A stretch of DNA of 53,935 bases from an uncultured Fibrobacterota bacterium (GTDB lineage: Bacteria; Fibrobacterota; Chitinivibrionia; Chitinivibrionales; CAYFVL01), in contig CAYFVL010000003.1 of the NCBI GenBank assembly GCA_964346405.1, positions 1-53,935 on the forward strand, given 5' to 3'. Below the pieces are notes generated by a model. It saw only the letters and a program-made list of their open reading frames with translations, was not told the origin of the DNA and did not search any database. Each line of letters begins with the position of its first letter. Position 1 is the first letter of the stretch. Positions 29,186 through 40,300 of the stretch are shown here, piece after piece. Made by a program: the position numbers and the translations under genes.

Positions 29186-29895
29186 CAACAACGATACTGC
29201 GCAATGAAGGGCTTTTCTCAGCATGTCTCCTATTCTATCTGGATTACCCTTACAATGGCACTAGCTAGGTATAATGTCGGAACCGTACATCGATGGAAAG
29301 GTCATAGATGTCTACGGTCGCCCGTTGTCTCACGGCAGAGTGGAGGTCGTCGGAACGGGGATAATCACCCATACGAATTCCGTTGGTGAGTTCCTGGTCG
29401 CCGCAGTTTCCGCGTCTCTTTTACACTCAAATGCTCCCATACCCTTCCATGACAAAGCGCGGGGAGTAGTTATATCGGAACACGCAAAATTTCCAGTTCA
29501 TGGCACGTTAGCCTTCTCACCGGCCGGAAGACTGCTCGTGCGGATTCGCCGGCAAACACGTCAGGACAGGCACTAGTTATCGTGAATAGCATCATTGCCG
29601 AGAATGAGTATTCTGATTTTTCTTTGAATGATTTCGAGAATCTTTCGGTTCGATATTGCCTTACCTCCCCACCGATTTTGACGACGCAGACACAGCCGCT
29701 CTGCTTACCGGCGACCCCATGTTCGTATCCGCTATCGATACCATCTTTTCCCTGGCACCCGCATCGCCATGCGCAGGAGTCGGCGACTTCAACTCCGTAA
29801 CCAGTGGTTTGCCCGGGTGTCCCTACACCGACTCTCCGGTTGTCGATCCGTGGGAACGAAGGGCAAACATTGGCGCCGGTTCCGTAGTACCGTAA
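29186..29895 (+). pseudogene. Fragmented remnants of secreted protein gene(s)
   Basis: A signal-like segment, an IDGKVID..G.PL...V (carboxypeptidase-regulatory-like) segment and an NSII...GDPMFV...FSL...SPC.G.G...NIGA (beta-helix C-terminal cap) segment lie in different frames. Confidence 0.55.
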
Positions 29896-30071
29896 TTGAC
29901 GCAAGATTGAAAACGCGAAACGTGCCATAATGATCCTTTTCGAGACCGTTCGCCCTCGGGACGAAGCATCTCTTGTCTATTCGTTGTCGTGCTGGGAATA
30001 CACCCAGACTTACAGAACTGAATGAATTCCAAAACAGTTCACCCTAATCAACTTGAATCAGAGGTGGTCGG

Positions 30072-31302
30072 ATGGCAAGACATAGCACGCCCAGCCCTAA
30101 TCTGGACATAAACGTTCCCATTGTTCCCACGCTGCAGGCATTTGGGTTCACTCAGCTCTGGACCGGAACGACTGATGAGCAGCAGTGGCTTAATGCGATC
30201 TCGGACCTCCACGGACACCTGGGCGAAGGGGTTTCCACGGCTGGCGGCGGTTTCTACGGTATCCAGACACGATTCGACGGTGTGAGCGGGATATCAATAG
30301 GGGCGATACCGGATTTACATAACGTCCGGAGCTTCTCAATGTGCTTTGCAATAGACACACCGGAATTGCCGACAGCCGTCTCGGGGATTCAGGCAATTGC
30401 CATTCACGGCACTTCATTGGAAGGCACAGTAGGGGCGTATCTCGACGACTACGGGCGGGGGCCGCTTAATCATTCGAGTCGGTAACGGTGACTGCTTCAT
30501 TCTCCGGGTGAACCTCAGTGATGCTCAGTTGGATCTGGACTTTTCCAATCCCCTGACGGTTGTTTTTCGGTTCGATCTGATTGAGCAGTCGGTTCGATGC
30601 TGGATCGATGGGCGGAATGCTCTGGAATACCCTTCCTGCTTCAATTTTTCCGGCACATATCCGTCACACACGCCCTCGTCGGTGGATTTTGAAGTGGGGT
30701 CGGCCGGAACGACGCACCATATTCCTCAAAACAGTACAGTTTCACATCTTGGAATCTGTCCCGACGCGCTCAGCGATGCCGACCTTCAGAGATTATCAAT
30801 TCTGCTCCGAAACCCGATTCTCATTGCGCATATCGGCGCCGGCAACGATGAAGTTGATCAGAAGCATCTTCCATATGATATTACTCGTACAGAAACTTGA
30901 AACAGGATTTTGAGGCAGTGGTTGCTTGGCAGAGGCGATTCCCATGGCTTTCCACGAATCACTCAGCTTACAGAGGGATATGCTGCTCAGCACGAATTCG
31001 AGGTGTCGGTACCACAAGGATACAGCGACTGGGAAGTAGTTTCTCAGGCATATCATTCTTACTGGGAAGGTGCAACGGAAAACGGTCATTGGATTCAGGC
31101 ATCAAGCGGTGAAAAGAATGGAGCATTTCTCCTTGTTGCATGGCCGGTATCGTTTACAGCACCTCGCTATTCGTATGGCAAGCAAACAGGACTCGCAAAG
31201 AGTTCCTCCGGCTTCATAATCTCGGCGGATTGGCGGGGAAACGGGATTATGGCGCTGTATGAAGGCGGTGTTTTTAGTGCATTGACAAGAATCGAAAGGT
31301 AG
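30072..31302 (+). pseudogene. Disrupted LamG/concanavalin-like protein gene
   Basis: GAGG RBS at 30061. Three ORF pieces join through one frameshift in the G-rich run at 30453-30461 and one in-frame TGA at 30898-30900. Confidence 0.6.
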
Positions 31303-31463
31303 GCAGTAACGGTTTTCGGGACTCTCAACAGATAAAAGGTACGCATAAACCGATACCCACAATCAACCGCCACCCCGAGTTCAACGGAGTGACGGTTGAT
31401 CTCTTGCATGCGGAGATCTTGAAAGGAACATGCATGCAAGATAAGGACAACCATATACCTGCT

Positions 31464-33314
31464 CTATTGTTTCACATTCACCGATACCACAGAGAGTTCA
31501 TCAAAAACCAGAGAATAGTGTCCTTCTCCCGGCTTGCCTGTTTTATACTGCACATGAAGCGATGAGAAATGATCGTATGAAGCATCGTGAGCTTCAATGT
31601 ACGTTTTCTTACCCTCACCGTCATTCATATCGCAGGCAACTGAAATAGTACCATCGTTTCCGATTCTCATCTCAAATACGACGAATTCAGCCCCTTCACC
31701 ATAGTGGCCTTTTCGATGTGTTTTTGCTTCTGCGATAGTGCACGCAGAGGGGCTTCCATCATTGCGCGTTAGCCACAGGTCGGGACTAGTATGCAAATCC
31801 TGAATCCGATTCGGCTTGTAACCCACGGTATACAGCTTTTCGCCCTCTGAATCACAAAGCGATACCCAGGTTTTATTGTTTTCCCTCCAACTGGAACCCA
31901 CCTCATTCGGATATTTAACCGACCACCGTACCCATAGAACACTGTCGCGCATTGCATCGAACTGAGGAGAAGTAATAACGGCCATACTATCCCACCCTCC
32001 TGATGGAAAAGCCAGGAGAGCTTCATCATCTTCATCCCCTGCAACAAAGAAGCCTCCGATATTGTCTTGAAATCCCACGGTCTCCAGGGAGGGTATACAA
32101 GTAAAGGGCTCGGAAATGTGGTAAATGTTTGATGGGGTTGCGCCATTCCGGGTGACAAATTTCCCCCCGGTTACAGCTATTGAAGCGAAATCGTTTGCCA
32201 TCAATTGCCCGGCGACGCGAACAGATCCCTCAGGATCGACATCCACTGTCGGCCATTCTTCCGGAATTATGCCGGGCAGCTCAGTCGAGGATATCGTACT
32301 GAGAGCCGAATCCAGTTTCAGCAACATGATGTGCCTGTCATTCGTACCATATGACTTTGTGGATACCGGAAGAAGTAGATTTGCTCCACAGCTATAGACC
32401 CCGGCTGCCCTATCGGTACATGGACCACCGAAATCCTTGTGCAGAACGTAATTCCCTTCTTTATCCACCTTTGCGACAAAAGACTGAATATCTTCAGTTT
32501 CAGAAACTGTGTGCTTACCGGCGACATAATAGTAATCTCCATTGGAAGATTGACAGACTCCGAATAAACGATCGTCAAGAGTTTTTCCGAAATAGCGATC
32601 CCATTCGGTCTGCCCGTTTCTGTGCATCTTTATCAGTATTCCGTCTTCACCTCCCGCACCGGAGGATTCGCTGTATCCCGCCGCTAGAAAACCACCGTCG
32701 TCTGATCGAATCAGTGCAAATAACTCATCATCCTTGTCCCCACCCTTCTCCCGAAACCATACCAGTTGCCCATTCTGAGAGCTGAACGCCGCCACAAACC
32801 CATCTTTGTCCCCATCGTCACCCAGTGATGTACCAACTGTTAGAAAGTAGCCATCCTTGTCCTCAATGATTCCACGAGGGGTGAGCCTGTTCGGCAAGGT
32901 GTAGATACGTGACCATTCCATCCGGTCATCGGCGTCTATTTTAATAAGAAACATGCTTCCCTTGTCATGACCAAAGGAATACGTCACCCCCGCGACAACG
33001 AAACCGCCGTCATCCGTAGCTTCCACAGCATAAGCATGATCATCCTTTTCTCCACCGTAGTACTGTACCCATTCATCCGCACCTACTGCGTTCACTCGGT
33101 AAACAAGTGCATCCCTGTCATCTCGTCCGGATCGAAGTGAAACTCCCACGAAGTATGAAGATCCATCCCCGGCAATGGAAACTCCGTGGAATACGTCTGT
33201 CTCACGTCCAATGAATCTCAGGTAGTCACTACTCCACTTCTCCTGAGCACCTGCCGCCGAAACTGCAACTATTACGCATACCAACCAGATACCCGACAAG
33301 ACATTTGTTTTCAT
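31464..33314 (-). CDS. Secreted beta-propeller repeat protein with an extra C-terminal beta-sandwich domain
   Basis: AAGGAG RBS and a signal peptide. Repeats of W...(Y/F)GG..DD........DGG(F/Y)..AG.S.S.G.G..D..LIK. Confidence 0.8.
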   Translation of the reverse strand: MKTNVLSGIWLVCVIVAVSAAGAQEKWSSDYLRFIGRETDVFHGVSIAGDGSSYFVGVSLRSGRDDRDALVYRVNAVGADEWVQYYGGEKDDHAYAVEATDDGGFVVAGVTYSFGHDKGSMFLIKIDADDRMEWSRIYTLPNRLTPRGIIEDKDGYFLTVGTSLGDDGDKDGFVAAFSSQNGQLVWFREKGGDKDDELFALIRSDDGGFLAAGYSESSGAGGEDGILIKMHRNGQTEWDRYFGKTLDDRLFGVCQSSNGDYYYVAGKHTVSETEDIQSFVAKVDKEGNYVLHKDFGGPCTDRAAGVYSCGANLLLPVSTKSYGTNDRHIMLLKLDSALSTISSTELPGIIPEEWPTVDVDPEGSVRVAGQLMANDFASIAVTGGKFVTRNGATPSNIYHISEPFTCIPSLETVGFQDNIGGFFVAGDEDDEALLAFPSGGWDSMAVITSPQFDAMRDSVLWVRWSVKYPNEVGSSWRENNKTWVSLCDSEGEKLYTVGYKPNRIQDLHTSPDLWLTRNDGSPSACTIAEAKTHRKGHYGEGAEFVVFEMRIGNDGTISVACDMNDGEGKKTYIEAHDASYDHFSSLHVQYKTGKPGEGHYSLVFDELSVVSVNVKQ

Positions 33315-33455
33315 TCCATACTCCTTTACACTTTAATTTGGAGAACGCGCTAAAGAAACTATGAGGCCGCTGTTTTACAATAAATATTCATTCAGAATGT
33401 CAGATGAGTAGGGCAATCGGGTTAGTTTCCGACCAGAAACGACCGCCCCAAACAC

Positions 33456-34337
33456 TCACATCCCGGGAGTACCCCCAAGTGGGTCATTATCCGGGATGCT
33501 GGAGATGTCACAGTTCAAGACTCCGTCACTCAACAGATTGGCATCCTCGGTTCCCACAGCATGTTCGGAGGCGGGCACGGCCGACTCGACTCCGGTATCG
33601 GGTTCGCTTAGCTTCTCACCTCTTGTATCCGACCGCGATAGTGAATTCATATCCAGTGTCGATTTTGATGATCGAGGTATTTCAATAGTCTCAGTGACCA
33701 TTCCGAACGCAACCGAAGAGTCGCCAAGCAAAGAATCTGAAACACTTGACTCGCCCGATATACTCCTTTCACCTGAACGGCTCTCCATTTCGCTCAAGAA
33801 CGATCGTGTTCTACGTACGTAGGCGATTGAATCTTCCAGCATTCGAGTATACACCATTTCTTCTGACGCAAATCTGAGTCTCACTGGAAAACTCTTCTTG
33901 GCGATCAAAGGCCAGTCGCGGCAATCAATAAAATCAAAACTGAAGTGTCTGATCTGCGGTAAGACAAGCCCGGCGTGACCGACACACAAAAACTCAAGCC
34001 TGAGAGTTTTGTCGCTTCCCGAATCGACCATTGCAATTGCACCAATGCTTTTCAAACATATCAACGAATCACTCCTGGGAAGTCCCGCAGAAGCATACGA
34101 GACGGAGTCATTGACGCAAAACATGCGGTTGACGGCATTGTATCCCGTTTCACCGAGTGTAATTTCGAATATCGAGTCTCTGAAGGCTACACTGTAAGCC
34201 TCACTTATATGCTCAGTAATCTCAAAGACAGTTTTTCTTACGTCGGAAATAAATACCTCATATGAAGAGGCGACAGAGGGCGGACGTATCAACAGGATGA
34301 TTACGACGGCACAAAGCTTTGGCAGTAATCGAATCAT
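33456..34337 (-). CDS. Hypothetical secreted protein with acidic Ser-rich C-terminal tail
   Basis: AAGGAG RBS, signal-like N-terminus and a 293-aa ORF. No family recognised. Confidence 0.65.
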   Translation of the reverse strand: MIRLLPKLCAVVIILLIRPPSVASSYEVFISDVRKTVFEITEHISEAYSVAFRDSIFEITLGETGYNAVNRMFCVNDSVSYASAGLPRSDSLICLKSIGAIAMVDSGSDKTLRLEFLCVGHAGLVLPQIRHFSFDFIDCRDWPLIAKKSFPVRLRFASEEMVYTRMLEDSIAYVRRTRSFLSEMESRSGERSISGESSVSDSLLGDSSVAFGMVTETIEIPRSSKSTLDMNSLSRSDTRGEKLSEPDTGVESAVPASEHAVGTEDANLLSDGVLNCDISSIPDNDPLGGTPGM

Positions 34338-34642
34338 TCCAACTCCTTTTCTGGTCGGTTTTGTTCATGCTCATAATAATAAGCAGTTTCTGTTCAAGTC
34401 ACGTTTCGTAAGTGTTAGAATTCTGCTTTTTCTAAACAGCGAATTGCTGGGATTATCGTCGATGATTGCTTTTTTCTTGGTGAGTTTCCGATAGAGAGAC
34501 AGCCTGCGTCGTCCCGAAACCGCCTGCTAACAATCACCAAACCATTTTCAAATACCAGCCTAGCAACCAAAGCCTATATTGAAACCTTATTAGTGATGTG
34601 CCGGCAAAAATTGGCGGCTTTTTCGGGAGAAAGGACTTCTCG

Positions 34643-36859
34643 ATGAAATGCATTCCATGGATGATGGCGGCGTTGCTCGTCTCCCAATTCACAGCAATCG
34701 GTGCGTTTCCTGCCGACGTGGACAGTGTGCTTGCCACAACCGACGGTCGAAATGTGCGAGCGGTATGGGTCAGGGTAGTCGATCCTGACGATGAGCAGGG
34801 GAAAAGCAAGTCCGCTCGACTACTCATCGGCTGGGATGCGGAAAGGAACCAAGAACGCGTACTGTCCTGGTCAACCAGCCATCGAATCGCATATCCTCAC
34901 TTTGTGGATAACGGGAATGGCGTTGTATACACCGATTCAGTCGGAGTGTGTCGGGTTGATTGGCGAACAGGGTCCAAAGAAACGATACTCGGCAGCCGAG
35001 TGCCCATTAGTGCGGTTTGGCGCGATTCCGAAACGGGAAAGACCTGGTTGTACGGCGCCTCATGGGGCACATACGGCTCTTCACTCAAGCGCATTTGCCT
35101 TCAGAGCCCCAATGAAGCTCCAGAGGTGATTTGGGACAGCCCACTTCCCGACAATACTCCCAACGACTTTCAGATCTTGAACGTTTCACGTAACGGCGAA
35201 TACATTGGCGGCATGTTCAACCCACATCTCATCGGTATCCTGCACATCAGTTCAGGCGCATTCCATGCCCTATGTACTCCGCAGAAAAGGTATGGCGGAG
35301 GATGCTGTGGAGGCCATATGGCTCCCGACAAAAGTCTACTCTTGATGTCCTTTACTAGTGATCACATGCATCTCAATCTTACTCAATCGGTTGAAAGCGG
35401 ACAACCATCTCTTATCACAACCCTGAGGATAGCCGAAGCGATCGCAAATGCTACCGGTAGGGATGCCTCCCCCGAAGGAATCGCTAATTGGACAAATGAC
35501 CCTGAGTACCTGATTTCCTCCGGCCCCTCCAGCACCGCCCTTATCGAGGTTACTCAACGGTCTTCAGTTCGCCTGATAAAACTTTCCAACGACCTGAGTT
35601 CCATATTGAAAGTTTTCCCTTTATCCCCAGTCGATAAGACAACCGGTGATGAACTCTACCCTTCAGGCCGAATTGAAATCCCCTTCCCAGTGAAGCATTT
35701 CCGGGTGAATACTATTTCGATGACGCTTAGATCAGCCTCAGATACCCCGGTAGACACAACCATTTCACTCTTATCTGTAGTGGACCGTAAAGATATCGTC
35801 GTCTGCAAGGTAACCGCCGGAAACGAGTGGCTTCATGCCGAACCCGTTTTCATGGATTCCAGTTGGAAACTCAATCTATCCGCCAGTGACAACACACCTT
35901 CTCCGGCCGTTCTCTATGGTAGAGTGGACGTTGTAGTTGATGGTAAGCTTGATGTTCTGACGGTCTATTATGAAAAAGATTACTCACCGGATTCAGCTTT
36001 TATGAGAATAGTACCCGACAAGATCGAAATAGCCGTTGGAGATACAGGAGTGTTCTTTCCCGACCTTCGCGACAGGAAAAATGACCCGTTGATGACCAGT
36101 TATTCATGGTCCACAAATGGCGGCGGGCATATCGACAGCCAAGGCCGTTTTGTAAGTGACGGAACACAAGGCACGTTTGAGATTACGCTGAAGCCAGAGG
36201 GGATGCAAGGTATGGCTACGGCTCAGGTAACCGTGATCGAGGACACCACCACCCATGATAGTGATATTGTCATTCTTCACCCACAGGGTGCAATGGTATT
36301 GGAAATTGGAGACACCTGTGAAATACGGTGGAAATCATATGTAGAGTTGGCATCTGGCGTTGAACTCTATATCTCACCCGATCAGGGAGTATCCTGGTGC
36401 CCCGTAAACTCCCAAGGGGCCATTCTGCCGTCGTCAGCAAATTGGGGAAAATTCAATTGGATAATTCCTGATTCAATCAGTTGCCTGGATACGAAGCTGT
36501 CGCTGTCGGATACCGAATGCCATTTAAGGGTAGCAGCCTACGACGGCACAGCATCGGCGCTTACGTCTTCACCATTTCTGGTGAATGCAAGCAGTCCGAC
36601 AAGAATGCCGGCACGAACAAGGAAAAGAGCCATCTGCCGCCTTATACAAGTAAGAGGAACAAGTATCTGTCTTGACTCTGATTCCGATCAACTTCTCAGG
36701 TATGAAGTGATCTCTGCTGTCGGCAAGAGAGTGGCCTATGGTTACACATCAGGAGACGGCCTCATCACCGGCCCACTCCCGAGCGGAATCTACTTGTCAA
36801 CCGTAAGGAATCACGCTGGCGAGGTTTTGTTTCGAGGGCGCACTCTCCTTGCACGGTGA
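34643..36859 (+). CDS. Secreted multidomain protein (propeller-like N-terminus, Ig-like domains, T9SS-like C-terminal domain)
   Basis: Signal peptide, WSTNGGGHIDSQGRF (Big_2-like), an Ig module shared with the 495-1073 protein, and the C-terminus ISAVGKRV...LPSGIYL. Confidence 0.75.
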   Translation: MKCIPWMMAALLVSQFTAIGAFPADVDSVLATTDGRNVRAVWVRVVDPDDEQGKSKSARLLIGWDAERNQERVLSWSTSHRIAYPHFVDNGNGVVYTDSVGVCRVDWRTGSKETILGSRVPISAVWRDSETGKTWLYGASWGTYGSSLKRICLQSPNEAPEVIWDSPLPDNTPNDFQILNVSRNGEYIGGMFNPHLIGILHISSGAFHALCTPQKRYGGGCCGGHMAPDKSLLLMSFTSDHMHLNLTQSVESGQPSLITTLRIAEAIANATGRDASPEGIANWTNDPEYLISSGPSSTALIEVTQRSSVRLIKLSNDLSSILKVFPLSPVDKTTGDELYPSGRIEIPFPVKHFRVNTISMTLRSASDTPVDTTISLLSVVDRKDIVVCKVTAGNEWLHAEPVFMDSSWKLNLSASDNTPSPAVLYGRVDVVVDGKLDVLTVYYEKDYSPDSAFMRIVPDKIEIAVGDTGVFFPDLRDRKNDPLMTSYSWSTNGGGHIDSQGRFVSDGTQGTFEITLKPEGMQGMATAQVTVIEDTTTHDSDIVILHPQGAMVLEIGDTCEIRWKSYVELASGVELYISPDQGVSWCPVNSQGAILPSSANWGKFNWIIPDSISCLDTKLSLSDTECHLRVAAYDGTASALTSSPFLVNASSPTRMPARTRKRAICRLIQVRGTSICLDSDSDQLLRYEVISAVGKRVAYGYTSGDGLITGPLPSGIYLSTVRNHAGEVLFRGRTLLAR

Positions 36860-36889
36860 TTCGGATTACAAAGGAGATGATTCCTCTTA

Positions 36890-37078
36890 GGGCTCGCGCA
36901 AAAACGGCCTTCGCATTTTTCGTTTGCTCTTGTTTGCACATATCTTTGGTTCGACGCGCTCACCACATCGCGTTGCATCTCTTGGGCATAGCGCCATTGC
37001 TATGGCTCTGCGAGATGCGCCTTGATATCCACAAAAATGGCTGCGCGAGTAAATGAAATCTTATTTCTACGCGAACCC
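36890..37078. mobile_element. MITE-like element, family A (complete copy)
   Basis: Imperfect TIRs GGGCTCGCGCAAAAA / TTTCTACGCGAACCC flanked by TTA on both sides. Central hairpin GCATCTC..CATAGC..GCTATG..GAGATGC. A second copy lies at 48134. Confidence 0.75.
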
Positions 37079-37357
37079 TTAAGCAAGTCGTGTATTGACA
37101 ACGTCGTCATATCGGTTCACCTCTGACGCTCTGTTATTCGGTTGGTTCCCTTCTTCAGATCTTTATCTACAAACGGTATTGTCATAAAAGTGCGGGTCGT
37201 CTCTGCGTTCATATTCTCTTCAGTCTGGAGAATATCCGCAGGACCTCCGGAGTCCGTTGATCGATGAATCCTTCATCTATCCTGCTCATCAATTCAGCGA
37301 ACCGGTCTCCAAAACTGCTAGCACTGCAGATCCTCGTGGAACTGTCAGTCAGTAATG

Positions 37358-40300
37358 TCACGGACAAGACGACGTTTGCGTCCTGCCGGCAAGATTCCAG
37401 ACCAGAGAGGTGCCGACGAATTGAACGGTAAAAACGTCATAGTGCCTGCCGGGCGGGAATACCGTTGGTTGTCCTCGATCCTGGGGTGAAGGCGAGAAGT
37501 AATTCTGGGGGGCGGTTCCGATCGGAATTACAACGGAGTAGGAATTCTCGTTGAGAAAACCGAAATGGGCCGTGCAGGTGCCGTCCCCATTATCCTCAAC
37601 GAACTCAAGTGTCGGCTTCACCGGAGATTCCGCGTTCTCACCGGCGACCGCCTTGCAGACTATTCTGATAATAGCCACACCCAAGGAATCCAGGTTTAAA
37701 TCCTTCAGCGTTATCCGTTTCGAACTTGAGTCGATTGAGAAACTGATCTGGTTTGAGACGATCTGATGATTCTGGAAATCGAAGGAGAGAGAGTCAACCG
37801 CAATCGAATCACCCCAGACTGCACCCAACCCAAGTGGATCGTTCCCATCCGGATCGTAGTTGAACTTCAGATCGAACGTTCGTGCCGTCTTCGATTCATT
37901 GTGAACCGTGAAATATATGGTGTCCATAACCGATTCCACTTCTCCGAATCGATTGACTATGATTAGATTGTCGCCGAAGAAATCGTATTGGTAGGATGAC
38001 GTATCCCAGGGACTCGATACCGATAATGAACATATCTGCGCAAAGGGGGTAGGCTCCCATCCCGCATTCCCCAGGCTTCTGAGTAGAATTGGTATTGTCT
38101 TGTACATATCCAGGCATCCCTCGTCCACCCAATGCTGCAAAGCTGAATTCATGTCGTCACCACTATCCTTGAATTCCGCAAACATCCCATACGCCAGAGA
38201 CCGATTCGCCCACCGCAGATACGCGGCACTGTCCAGATGGTACTCCGGCGTTCCGTGAGATACTTGACAGAGAGGCTTCGGACCGGCGAATGAGCGTTTG
38301 TAATTCAGGAGGAATTCCGGAAGTCGATCGCGGAATTTGATGTTCTCAAAAAATAGTATATCATAGAGATGCGCATAGTACTTGTCCACAAAACCCATAA
38401 CATTCCCACTCAATGTCTTACCGTCTTCATCGAGCAGTGTCCTGAGTGAATCCAGCCATTCATAATAAGAAAACAGCACAGGGTACACGGGACGCTTCGA
38501 GTCATACGTGTAGGTAAGGGGAAAATCAATGAAGTTGAAATGGGTACTGTCAAAATTCTCGACAAAATAGCCGTCACCCACATTGTCGGTATTCACTCCG
38601 TCAAAGGGAACACCAAAACTTTCCATGGCCCGGAAATCGTGAGCCGCAACAGCGCTGAACAGCAGGCGTCCTGCATTTGAGTCAACGAGGTCACAGTCCG
38701 GGTCGAAATTGACCACAAAGTGACTGTCAATACCATCGTGCCAGTGCATCCCACCAAGGCTGTCCAGAATCCTGCAGCGTCTCACGGCTTCACCGTAATC
38801 ATGAAACCTGGAAAATCTGTACCACGAGAACTCGTCCACACCGATGGAATCCAAATTGCCGATGTAATCCACGTTGATTACACTATCGACCGTCTGGTCG
38901 GTCGTGCACTTGAGTTTCGGGCTATTCAGCTCTCGCACAAAGAGCGTCTGAGCGTTCAGGAACATGTGCTGACGAACACCACCGTAGGTTACCGATGGAT
39001 CCCCGGAGGAAACATCAACCATAAAATCAAGCCCGTCGATATCGGCGCTGTCGAGGTCGACCGAGTTCTTATCGTTGAGCTTCAGCATCGCCCCCACAAG
39101 ACCAATCCTGTTCTTCAGGGAATCGTGAACCGAATACTGGTCCTGAAATATGGTATGGTACTGATCGAGAGCCTCAGGAAAACCCTGCCGGCGTTGTATG
39201 CCGTATAGAATAAAAGAAAAGCTTGTACTGTCCGGGCCGATCTTGTCTGTACGGTTGCTGGTTGCAAGCTCAAAATAGATATTCATGGTAGTATCGAGAG
39301 TATTGTAGTCGATACGGTAGGAACGAATGGAATCGCAGGGGACCGCGATTACCAGCCCATTGCCGGTCGATGCACTGTAAACCACGCCCAGTTGATACAT
39401 GGAAGTATAGCGCGTTGGACGGGTGTTCTGGGAGTATTGCCAGTCATCATAAATCATGAGATTTTCGTAAATATCGTTGTGACCCACCGTATCCCCGCCG
39501 GCGGTTGTATCAAAATCTCCTTCGAACCGGATTCTTCTTGCCCACCGGATATCGTCTCCCCAGACAGGGTCTTCCAGTACAAGTGGTATTTTATAACACA
39601 CCAGCAAAGCTCTGGTGTCGTCGTTTCCGTACTCGTTCCAAACTGTACCGTCCACCTGGATGTAATTTCGTCCATTCGAGCTTCTTTCGTAGTAGGACAG
39701 GTCTGCCCCAACCCATAAACTATTGGAGCCTTCGGAGTACATGACGAAATGGGCGCTGTCCTCGTCCGCAAAGGTGCAGGTATCCCACAGAAGGCGGGGA
39801 CCGATCCCGTACTCAACGTCTTTTACCCACAAGCCTCCTACCGATGCGTTATCGGGATGGCCGTCCACGGAATCCCCCGCAAGGACGACAGACTTGACCG
39901 TTCCGTAAGAGGTGAAGATTCCCAAATTCAGCGATTCCCCCGCATCCATTGTTATGGAGCCTGCTTTTGCCGCGGTCTGCCTTGGTTTGCAGAAAATAGG
40001 GAGATGCTCGGAGCGGCGGGACGTGTCAAGGTTTGAAGAGGGTCGGAATACATGTGGAAGAATTGAGTCGAGAAAAGCACATGCCCTCATGGTGTCGGCC
40101 GAATCCTGATACGCTATGTATGTTCGGGCACTGTCCCAATACCGATCATAGCTGGTCGTGTCATACCCTTGGGCGCGTCGCAACTCTTGAAAGTGATTCG
40201 TTACGTTCAGTTTGTTTCTGAAGTAGCTGTAGAGTTCTTCTCTTGGCAGATCAGCCCCAGTGGCCGAAAGTGATAGTGCCATGAATAGGAGAATGGTGCG

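Noticed and set aside
30898-30900. Selenocysteine or TGA recoding
   Set aside because: The same gene also has a frameshift, TGA is a normal stop for many genes here, and there is no redox-motif context.
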